Source: Pocillopora damicornis
Lineage: Eukaryota
Direction: 5' to 3'
Assembly (NCBI RefSeq): GCF_003704095.1
Contig: NW_020845694.1
Span: 372,001 to 436,000 of the forward strand
Length of the DNA: 64,000 bases
Part shown: piece by piece, positions 26,653 through 37,423 of the stretch
How positions within the stretch are numbered: position 1 is the stretch's first letter
How the letters are laid out: each line of letters starts with the position of its first letter
Program-made: the position numbers and the translations under genes
Notes under the pieces: model-generated
What the model was told of the DNA's origin: nothing
What the model saw: only the letters and a program-made list of their open reading frames with translations
The model's database searches: none

Positions 26653-27110
26653 ATAGTGAAACTTTAAGTTTAGCCTTGATGTTTTCTAACTTAATCTGGT
26701 CATGTGTAATTAAATATGCATTGGTGCATTTTTAGACAGTGGACTAAAGTGTTTGGAGTTAAGAGCCGCACCAAATGTAACTTTGTCTGCAAAGGTAGCT
26801 CAAGTCAAGAACGCATTGAATAAAATATATAAAAGAAACCCTCATTGTGGATTGATGATTTGATCTTTCTGGATTGAAAGGAAACAAGAGATGTAAGAGA
26901 AAATGTTGATTGAGGGGGTCTAAGCTTGTGAAAGCCTTGATGGCGAATTCTTGGTTACACGTTCATGGAGGTACACGGATTTATTCGTGGTTCGGCCTTG
27001 TTCCCTTCTCTTTGAAGAAGAAGAAAGACCCTGGGAACGAATCCTAGTAGAAATGTTTCTCTCGTCCCAGTTTTTTCTCTCCCACGTGAGAAACACGATA
27101 ACTTTCCAGC

Positions 27111-30100
27111 ATGAGTAGAGCGAGTATCTGCTTTCGTGCAATAGAACAGTGTAGATCTTGCAGGTTTCGCTTCACTTACCGGCTAACTTTACGAGGGAAG
27201 GTAGGTTTAAACAAATTACGCAAAGCCTTAAGGGTTTTCTTGATATTTCCTTCGCTAATTTGCCCCAAACTTCATGATCAGCCACAATTCGATCTTGTCA
27301 GCTCAGGATGCTTATGATGTCGGCAGCTTTCCAATTATTTTCATAGGAAAGGAGAACTGAGACAGGAGAGATTGAGCACTTGTTTTATTATGTACCCTAA
27401 TCAGAAAAGTGAAAAATGAATATCGAATTAGTTCTGGATTTGGAAAATGTGATATACTGCAGAACGATCTGGATTTAATTAGACCACTGGAAACGAGATA
27501 AATAATTTCAGAAATGGTTATTGGAATTCTCTTCGATGGTCCTCGACTCAATAATCAGAAACGAATGCTCTCGTTAAGAAGAAATGACATTTTTTATTTG
27601 CATAACATTATTCAGTTAGTCGGAAATTTAGCGTGAACTGAAATGAGGAATTAAAACAAAAAAATTCCACTGAATTTTAATTTTGGCAGTAATTGCCCTC
27701 CATATATAAATGCCCAGGAGAGTGTGGTTCATTATATTAAATTTACCGTTCTGCCAATTATCTACAGGTGCTATGTTCTAATTTGAGTACAAACCAGGAG
27801 GGACCTTTTCATGAAGAAAAAGAGTGGAGCTCAACTGAAGAGAAGCATGGCTACGGTTCTAACGGTGGTTTTGAGAAACGCAACAAGGAGGCTGCTGGTC
27901 TATTTTATCTTAACACTCTGAAGCTACCTGAAAAGCTACAGCAGAACTTAGACAGCTACCTCAAGAGTAAGGGAATTGTTTCTCTTGTGACATGAAAAAG
28001 GAAGTGTGCACTTGAGCTAATTGGCTAATTCAGCTAGAACTTATCTTGGCTTTTTCAGCATAAGGTGACTCTGGGTATTGCTACATATACTCTCCCTAAA
28101 TGAGATGCAAGTCGATTACAGGTTCACTTGACCCCAACCTCTCCTGGCCCCTGCCACCTCCTCCAAGCATTTTTTAAGACTCCTTGACAGTTTGTTGGTA
28201 CTCATTTCCACTCCTGGGTGGAGATGGGTCCCTTGAAGAGTTAACCCTTTAACCCTTTCACTCCCAAGATCTAATTAGTAATTCTCCTTACTATCTGCCA
28301 TACAATTCTTATGATGTTAGTTCAGAGAATTTGGTATTGGATCAACTAATAATCCCATGATTGATATTCTTCTCTATTCTCATCACCTGCCTGCTTGATA
28401 TTGTATTGATATTGTAAGGAGAAATTCTGTCTTGGTCACTTGTGGGAGTAAAAAGGTTAATTCCCTTGAGTGACCAGACAGAATTTCTGCCTACAATATC
28501 CATACAATTCCAATCAGATTAGTGATGAGAATGAAGAGAAATATCAATTAGGGGATTATAAGTTGATCCAGTAACAAATTATCAGAACTAAAATCACAAG
28601 AATTGTACAACAGTCAGTAAGGAGAATTACTAATGAGATCTTGTGAGTGAAATGATTTAGTGTCTTGCTCAAGAACACAACACAATGACCTGGTCAGGTC
28701 TCAAATGGGACCCCTTGGCTTGGAGTCCATCACACTAAATGTTAGCTCATTGTTTCTCTCACCTTCTTGGTTATATAGAGTCTCTATTTGTTTTTTTATT
28801 ATGAAATTTCAACTGCCACACTGCCAGTCTTTACTGACTAGTAGTATAGTTGTTAATTGTCTTCCAGTGTTGTTTGAATCTGACTTTGTGGCATGATTTG
28901 ACTTCATAGAATTCCCAAGGAAGGTGTTGGAAAATGATGGTAAAAAACTTGCAAGGCACATCAGAAATAGAGGTCGTCCAACAGAACAGACCTGGCAGAA
29001 ATATAAGGAATCTAGACGGCAAAGAGAGAAATTAGCAGGTATGGTCTTGAATACAGTATCAGATATTAAAATGGAAAGAGGGGAATTTGATCAGCCAAAT
29101 CCATAGTTATTTTCATTTTTTAACAAATGATTGCATTTACTGCACCTCTTTTTTTGTCAAAGTGACAATAATCTAAAATGCTGTTGCGTATTAGATCCAA
29201 AGCATGTGCAATTGGTTGTTCTTTACTTGTTGAGGGACATTATTATGAGTGTTCTTTGCCTGTTAGCCCTTTAACTCACAGAAGTGATTAACAAGTAACT
29301 TCTCCTTATAATAACTTAAGATTATCCAGCAGGCAGGTCATGAAAATATTAAAACTTATCAGATCAAAGTTGTTATCTTGGTCTGACACTAAATTCTTGT
29401 AACTTATTTACAAGGAAATGTGTAGCAGCCAGAGGGGAGAATTAACAAGTTAAAGGTTAAAGCCATAAATTTTTAGCAGTACTGAGTCAAAATATGTGCA
29501 CTTTTAAGGTCACAATAACTCGACCACAGAGTCTTGATCACATGCATCAAGATGATTTATGACTTTTTGTATTTCTTGTCTAATTGTATATAGCAAACCA
29601 AGCTAATCCTGCTGACATTTTGAAGCTACATAATCAGCAAGAAGATACAATTCTTGATGATGTAGATGATACAAGTGAAGATGAAGATGATGAATATGAT
29701 GGAGAATTTGTTTCCCAAGAAACAAGATCTGACCCACTTGAGACTGGTGACAGTGACAGTGACATTGATGATGATAAAGAAAACAATAACCACACAAATA
29801 GCGAAACAATGGACACAAGTGATAGCAAACCTGCTATTATTAAAAAGCAAAAAGTTATCCAAAGGCCAAGAGGAAGTGAATACAAACTGATAAGGTATTT
29901 TGTTTTATTTGATTTAACTAACCTGGAGCTTGTTTCTGGAAAGTCCCAGTAAGTTAATCAGCTGGAAGCCATATTTTGATGATGAAATTTTGAAAGAGTG
30001 GTGGAGCAGGCTATGGCACCCTAACCAGTTCATTTTCTTTCTTTAGCTGATAGTTTTTTAGTATAATTTTCAAAACTTTTGAGACATCCAGCTTAAATGA

Positions 30101-33100
30101 CAACAGAACATGTGGATGTGTTAAGTTACCAGAACCTTTGAGAAAGGGCCCCTGGTTTTCAAGTATTTGCATCTATCAAATTTAGTGCCATCCCAGTCCA
30201 CAATACAGATAACATCCAAAAGGGAGAGAATCAAGACAGCTTCAAATTCAATCATTTAAATTAGAGAGTACAAGGAATGCTTTTTTTAATGTCTTTAAAA
30301 AAAATTGAAATGATTTGCAATTTTCCCACCAAAAATTGTTAGTAATGGGTCCCTGAGGGTTGCTCTGATTTACTTTGGTGACAGGTATAACAAAAGAGAA
30401 GCTGCTGCTTATGCTGCAAGCCGTTTACCTGCAAGCTATGGTGCAACACTTAGAGTGTTCCATGAAGTAAGTCAAAAGTGACATGAGACAATTCTGCCAG
30501 ACTTTGTTTTACAATTCTTTTACCAGTACGGATGATGCTAAGCTATTTTTGATGAAAGCATATGTTGAAATAATGTTATGTCTCATTTTTGATTGAGAAT
30601 CCTTTCACTGCCATTATGTACATGATAATTAAGGTCCTCAGGTCTCTAGAAAAGCCATTTTAGACTTGCCCTTGCCTTTTAATTAAGTTTTAACATTCTT
30701 TTGTTTATCCCCCATAGTTAAGGAGGCGTGAGCCCAACTTTAAACCAGAGAATCTGCTGGATTTTGGATCTGGCTCTGGAACAGCAACATGGTAAAAAAC
30801 ATTTGTCAATGAAATCTCTTTGATCCAATGATAATTAATTTTCATTTATTTACTCCTCAATTCTTTATTTCAAAAAACAAACAAGCTAATCAAATGATGA
30901 ATTATTATTAAAACTTGGCTTTTGCAAAATGAGATATATGTTCTTTTTTCAATCAGCATCTTGTCAATCAGTGATTCAACCTTCATAAATTTTTGCTCAA
31001 CTTTGCCAGGGCAGCCCATGAGATATGGGGAGACTCGCTCAGAGAATATCAGTGTGTGGATGTATCTCAGGATATGAATAGTCTGGCTGAATATCTCATA
31101 AGAGGTTTGTACTTCATGATTATGAATGAATTACTAATACTGAATTCAGTTTGTCACAGTAGACAGGGAACTAGCAGCCTCTTTAAGATCAAGGACTGGC
31201 CAGTGTAGTTGTCCCAAGGGGGGATAATGCTTTCCAAGGGATAGATCACTATCCTGCAGATGAATTTTAACGAAACATACTGTGCATATTGGATAAAGAT
31301 TTATCTGTTGGATAGCATTGTTTACCCCTTGAATTAGCTGCACTGGGATGCTACATGTAAAGATTATAAACTTAAGGACTTCTTGAAAAACAAGTTTCCT
31401 TTCTATGGGCTTGTTCATTGCTTTTGTCCCATAATTTTTTCAATGTAATTTGCCTTTTTTTTTTAGTTGGATAGGGTAGTGTACCAATACCTCTTTTTTT
31501 CTCCGATTTTTCCTTGTTGTATCTTCAGTTGATAAGCTAAATCATGCTGCTTTTTAATTGGTCCATACCTGTGGTCTGTAAAGAACAGATTTTCTTCTTT
31601 ATTAGGCAATTTTGTGTTTCTCCTTTTCTGTGTTTTCAGTAAATTTCAAGCACAAATATTTAATCCATTTTGTCATGCACTTTTTTGATGTCCTTATTCT
31701 TAATACAGGTGGAGAGGGTCTGAAGCATTCTCTTCATATTCCGGGAGTTTATTTCAAGAGATTTTTACCTGTATCCAACTTGGTAAGCTTAGATTTCTCC
31801 AGGAAATGTTGGGTTACTTTTACTAGGTAGACCATGAATTTGAATTAATTTTCACACTCTGTGCACCTATATCTTTACAGCTTTCTGCTTTAACCCTTTA
31901 ACTCCCATTAGTGACCAAGACAGAATTTCTTCCTACAATATCTATACAATTTCAACTAGCAACTAGACAAGTGATGAGAATAAAGAGAAATATCAATTAG
32001 GGGATTATCAGTTGATCCAGTAACAAATTCTCAGAACTTAAATCATAAGAATTGTACAGCAGCTAGTAAGGAGAATTACTAATGAGATCATGGGAGTGAA
32101 ATGGTTAAACCCTTTCCCCTCTCCTTGAAGCACAAGAACCAATGAGTTAGAAATAAGGAGAAGCCAATAGTCTGCATTTGTTAAAAGAAGTTTACTTTGA
32201 TGGAATTGAGTCTTTATTTGATACTGTTGTTTGTCAAATAGATAACTTATGATGTTGTGGTGGCCTCCTATGTTCTCAGTGAAATACCTAGAGCCTCCTT
32301 GAGGAAAATGGCAGTGAAAAGCTTGTGGGGGAAAACAAGTGACTTCTTGGTAAGCCATTGTTGTCTGAAAATTCATTAACCTTTTTCCTCTAACAGTGAT
32401 AAGCATCTTATCTATCCTAGTGGTATCAGCCCTGAATCAAATATTAACCCTTTACACTATAACATCATTGTAGTTATTCTCCATACTGTTCCCTATACAT
32501 TTCCTTAGTTGCTGAAAAGGAGAATTTGTTTAACAATCAAGAGGTTCTTAAGTTGGTGATCATTTTCTTTACTCTCATGGCCCTAATGTTTGATTCAGGG
32601 GTGATATTGTAGGGAGAAATTAGATGCTAATCACTCTCAGGGATCAAAGGGTTAAGGCCATGAGACTAAACAAAATTATTGTGACTCAAGAAGCTTATGA
32701 TTGTTAGAACATATTTCTCCTTGTAATGAGCGTAGAAAATGTTTATACAGAATAGAATAGAGAGCTATCTTGCATACTGATGCAAGGGTGTTAAGGGGTT
32801 AATATGTAATTTGAACTGACTGAATGATGTAAAAAACACCATTTTGGCTCTTAAAAGTGCATTTCATTTTTTTTATCCTAGGTTATCATAGAGCATGGCA
32901 ATACTGAAGGGTTTGAAATAACAGCTGAAGCTAGGAACCTAGTGTTAAAGGTAAATGAAAGATTGTTTCGTTGAAGAAGCACCTGGGTGCTTATTGGAAG
33001 GAGGATGCTCAATTAAAGGGAGTGCTTATTAAGAAATTGTTGACCTGTACTGATTCCATTGTAGTTGAAGCTTTAAAAGTTTTAAATAGGGTGGCAATAG

Positions 33101-36100
33101 AAACATGTTTTCCTTGTAACCCTACTATTCAAGAAAGGAGGGAAGATGGGGAGGGGGGGAAGTGAAGTATGCATGTATTTTCTTTCCATGTTCCTCAGGG
33201 CAATAGATACTACAGGAGAAATCTGGGGCTTTAACGGAACCATGTTGCCAACAATTATTATTTTCCTTGTTAGAAATCACCTAATTTAATTGTTAGCTGC
33301 TGCTAACCAGTTCTTGTGGCTTTAAATTTGACATAGAATTAGACTTTTTTGTATATGTAAAAAAAACTTGAAATAATATTTATAACTTTTTACTTGTGTT
33401 TTGTATCTTGTTTTTCCTTACAGAAAGGAGATGGTGAGCCTGTTGATGATGGATCAGCTGAGGGTGGGTACAGCTTAAAGCAATGAAACTTCAGAAAATG
33501 AGAAAGGGCCAAAATGTTGTTTTAGAACAATTTTAATCAGGGAGTGTGGAAATTTATGCAAGATTACTTTTTTGCTTTATTTTGCTTTGTGATTGATATT
33601 GAGAACCTTCTTAACCATTTGGAGTCATCTTGACACTGCCATCTTTACCTCCTGCTTCAAGCAGTTTTTTTTCCTTTGAGTTCTCAATGGCTCCTGGTAT
33701 TTTCCTCTGCTCTTGTTGGTTGTTATCATTATGCTTATTTTAGTTTTGGTTTTACTAAACTCAATCAATCAGCATTTAATTTAATTTTTTTAAAATTATG
33801 TCCTCTCTAGGTAACCAGTATCAGTACCTTGACCCAACTGCTGAAGAAATGGACAATGGCTTTGTTTTTTCTCCAGTAAGTTTGATTTCCTCTTTCTCCA
33901 CCATTTTCGTGAAGCCTTTCTTTGGTTCACATAACAGGTGGAGTATAATTATTTAACCAACAATTTCCCTATTTTTTTCTTAAATGACAGATTACAGATG
34001 GTATAAAAGTGTGGTGAGAGTGAAACCAAAATAGTGGGATGTCAGCCTGAAGAGATTGTGCGTCTGTGATGCTCTTACCACATTTTGAGGTCTTCTGCTA
34101 TCTGATGCTAAGCCTCCTCTCCTCCTTGGTCAAAGATTAATTCATCAACTTTATTTGTTTGATTTTTCATCTGTTATAGTGTCCACATGATGTTAAGTGT
34201 GCAAGATCTGATGCTGAAACAAGAGACCATCCCTGTAACTTTGAGCAGAGAGTTCAGTTGGCCTTATGTCAGGTTTGTTATGAAAGAGATAAAAAAGTCA
34301 TCTGTCTTCTATTGAGACTTGGTTTTAACAACTGAATTGATAAAACAAATTGGCCACTGTGAAGCAATTGTAAAGCTAGCATTTTGAGCATTTGTCCCTT
34401 TCGTCATTGTGAATTGGATTCACTCTGTCAAAGGGCTAACTATTGAAAATTCAGCTGTACAATATCTTCATATTTATGTTATCAAGCCAGTTATAAATTA
34501 AACCAATACATCTTTTAATAGCCCCTGCCAATACAGCACCACAGTTTCTTTAGAAATTTATCCTCTTTATTCATCTTCCCTCAAGGTCTTTGTGTAAAAA
34601 GGCAAATATCACTGGAGGCATTAAAAATTTCAGTTTGTAGAGTTCTGAAAGTGGGGACAAATGCTGTCTAGAGCTACCATCTTGGACTCAACACTAAGAT
34701 ACTCAAGCAAACACTTGTGCAAAGTGCCATATATTATTTTGTGCCCTCTTTCCTCCTGTTGCTGTCAACATTACAAAGGGGGAAGGGTGTGGGCCTAATC
34801 AGAGCTGAAGCAAGTATACTGTGGTCATCTGTAATAGCCATAAGAAGACATTTGAAGTATGGTGTGAGACTTTTGGCCCATGTTTTTCAAGGTCTCTCAA
34901 GGAAAGGACCTTTGGCGTAGATGATACCTGCCCCTTTCAGTGTAAATTTATAATGCTAATTTTTTAGAAATGTGTATTTTGTTGTTTCAGAGGAACACAA
35001 AATTGAAGAAGAGGGGATTTCATACAGAAAGGTTTTCATACATTGTGCTCAAGAAAGGAGCAAGAGACTTAGAAGGTCGGCAATGGGAAAAATATTTGTT
35101 AAGGGGAGGGAAAGGTCTCAAGATTGTGACTCCTAGGAAAATGTAGATTTAATAATTCAAAATGAACTAATATTTGAGTTTGACTTATGTTATTTATTTA
35201 TTTTTTTGATTAGTAAGAGCAAATTTATTTTGAAAATTCACTTTGTTTTCTCATTCTGCAGAGAAGCCATGGCCTCGCGTTCTTGAGCCTGTGCGGTACA
35301 GAAAGCGACATGTTATTTGTAGACTCTGCTGCAGCTCAGGTTAGTCAGTTGAGAACACTCACCCACCCTACCCTTTATACAGGACATAGGAAGCCTAGTA
35401 AGGCCTTGTTAGCCAGCAAAAACTGGTTGTGGTGTGCTGGTATCATGTCCTACTGCAACTACTTTTAAAATTGATTGACGCGGTCGGGTCATCAGGTTAC
35501 CAAGCAAGGTGATGTCATGGCAAAAAGGAGAATATTCTTTTGTTTGGAAACAATTTTTGTAAACCATTTCAAAATGGTCAATAGTTAAGAATGCTCGTCC
35601 TGGTTGTCTGTTGTTATCAATGATTTCCAATTGATTTCCTTCCTTGATTGAATTCTGACTTTTTCCCCTTTTTCTGGCATAGATGGGTAATTTAACTAAG
35701 GCAAGAAACAACTTCATTGTGATTGAAGATTTTAGATATATGAAAATTCACATATTTGCACTGCGGTGGAGAGATGAAATTAAGAGATCCTCGCAGCTAA
35801 GAACACTACTGAAACAAGTAGTTGTAAATAGGACCTGAAAAAAATTCAGGTCCGTACGGGATTTGAACCCATGACCTCTGCGATACCGGTGCAGCGCTCT
35901 ACCAATTGAGCTAACAAGCCAACTGGGAGCTGGTCAATGAATGGATGTTTATTTGGACCCAATTCATTGACCAGCTGCAAGGATCTCTTAATTTCAACTT
36001 CATTGAGTTTATGAATCATATCAAAGATTCATCTAAGATTGGTTAAACAAAAAAAAAATGCACTTATAAGCCTCCTCTTTGTGTTTGCTAGGAGACCTAA

Positions 36101-36454
36101 AACAGAAGACTTTTACAAAAAGGAAGGACAGGTATGTATAGTTTACATTGCTATACACTGGTTGGTCGAACAAATTTTGCTGTTTTTATAGTGAAACAGC
36201 ATTCAACCAAAAGTGTTATCTGAACATAGACTTGTTTGGAAGCCTGGGTGAAGCTGTACCCTCCCCACCAAGGAGAAATGATTAGAGATTTAATATCTGG
36301 ACAAACACTTTTAACATCTAAAGTGGAATCTTGTCATAAATCTTTTTTTTGCAGTGATATCTACAAGTGTGCTCGACACTTGACAAAATGGGGTGACCTG
36401 CTGCCTGACCCAGAGGACAGGGTTAGGATGAACAGAAAGGCTGTGAAGTCTTGA
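27111..36454 (+). CDS. METTL17: Mitochondrial small-subunit assembly factor METTL17/Rsm22 (SAM-methyltransferase fold)
   Basis: About 17 exons, approx. 27111-27200, 27768-27966, 28910-29038, 29594-29894, 30385-30466, 30718-30791, 31010-31104, 31709-31782, 32242-32349, 32882-32950, 33424-33463, 33811-33875, 34180-34272, 34991-35075, 35261-35339, 36091-36131, 36355-36454. Arg-rich presequence; motifs AYAASRLPASY, LLDFGSGSGTATWA, YDVVVASYVLSE, VIIEHGNTEGF, SPCPHDVKC...HPCNF, ERFSY, WPRVLEP..RKRHVICRLC, YKCARHLTKWGDLLP. Confidence 0.95.
28000..28760 (-). mobile_element. tRNA-headed SINE (reverse orientation) interrupted by two nested MITEs
   Basis: Flanks ...ggtactcatttccactcctgggtggaga...gagttaa | gtgtcttgctcaagaacacaacacaatg... 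are the reverse complement of the SINE copies at 48538 and 59410. Confidence 0.65.
28241..28659. mobile_element. Two family-A TTAA/CCCTT (piggyBac-type) MITEs; one (28249-28460) inserted in inverted orientation into the TIR of the other
   Basis: TTAACCCTT...AAGGTTAA termini. The two ~210-bp bodies are reverse complements of each other and match the solo copy at 31890-32108. Confidence 0.8.
29263..29460. mobile_element. TTAA/CCCTT MITE copy (related family), degraded
   Basis: ttagccctttaactc...aaaggttaa termini, about 200 bp. Confidence 0.55.
31890..32108. mobile_element. Family-A TTAA/CCCTT MITE
   Basis: ttaaccctttaactccca...tgggagtgaaatggttaa termini; highly similar to 28461-28659. Confidence 0.8.
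32376..32802. mobile_element. Family-B MITE (32444-32655) nested in inverted orientation in an older family-B copy
   Basis: Inner copy ttaaccctttaca...aaagggttaa with TTAA on both sides. The outer copy resumes ggccatgaga...ggggttaa. Confidence 0.7.
34320..34560. mobile_element. Degraded Penelope-derived repeat with two inverted, decayed hammerhead motifs
   Basis: aaattggccactgt...ttttgagcatttgtccctttcgtca followed by ctctgtcaaagggctaactattgaaaattcagc and cagcaccacagtttctttagaaa; same family as 57410-57885. Confidence 0.55.
35720..35994 (-). mobile_element. Young tRNA-derived (SINE-like) fold-back insertion in a METTL17 intron
   Basis: 11-bp direct repeat CAACTTCATTG at 35709-35719 and 35995-36005; internal tRNA-like region; inverted partial second arm. 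Confidence 0.8.
35849..35920 (-). pseudogene. tRNA-like sequence (pseudo-tRNA / SINE head, nominal GGT anticodon)
   Basis: GGCTTGT-TA-GCTC AATTGGTA GAGC-G-CTGCA CCGGTAT CGCAG-AGGTC-ATGGG TTCAAAT CCCGT-ACGGACC. A and B boxes intact, followed by a T7 run. Acceptor and anticodon stems have mismatches and position 33 is C. Confidence 0.75.
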
Positions 36455-37423
36455 TCCCAAACAGAATAGAAAATGGTGTAGAATGTGCTGAATTGTGTGA
36501 GAATAAAACATCATGCCACAGTGCATTGATTGTGAATGTAAAAACTCACACTGTTAATAAAGATTGTAAAAATCTTTTTGAGTTTTGTTTGTTTTTTTTT
36601 TTTGTTAAAAGGGGAAACAAATGATCCTGAAATTACTGCCAAATTATCAGTTAACAGTGGTTAAGAAAGAGCTGTTTTTAAAGTGCAATTACAAGTAACA
36701 TTGAAGAGTTGTTGATATGTTTTGAGCACTATGTGTAAAGGGCATTTCAGGGTTTGCTGGTTGTGGTTTTTTCTTGACCTTCAGCCTAGAGAAATATAGC
36801 TCACCAATAATGAAGTTTTCAACTGAGTGTTGAAAAACCAAAATGAGAGTTATCCCTGCTGTCACAACAAGTTTAAATTATCATTAGCTCATGGGAACTT
36901 AAAGTGAAAGCAAGCAAACTGCTCGAAGCACAGGAAAATTCTATTATTTTTGGTTTCCTTCCAATTTGTTGAGAACAGCAAGAGTTCTCTAGACTTATTA
37001 TAGAGTAAAGCTAAGAAAAACTAATCTCCTAAACTAAATTTATTGCATGATACCAGAATTGAATGAGCAAATTGTAAAGTTTACTCCAAAACAAACAAAT
37101 GTACAAGTAAAATTGAGTGATTTTATGCAAGTAACAAGGATAAGAATTAAAATGTTGGTCACTTTTGGAAATATTGCAGACCAAATTAAATTTTACTAAT
37201 TTTTTACAAACTAACTATTTGACATTAATTGTACTGCTGCTTTCTGCGATATGACTTATGACATTTTTTTGACAAAGCCTTTCTCAAGCACAATCAATTC
37301 ATTCTGCAATCACAACCTGCCACACACTCTTACTGAGTCATAATTTCATAAAATACCTGTATCAAAAACATGGCTAACAATTGTTAACAATTTCTATGTT
37401 GAAAACATGCTGTTCTAAATCAA

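Noticed and set aside
35849-35920. Functional tRNA-Thr(GGT) gene
   Set aside because: Stem mismatches, C33, an anticodon atypical for eukaryotes, and location inside a TSD-flanked repeat.
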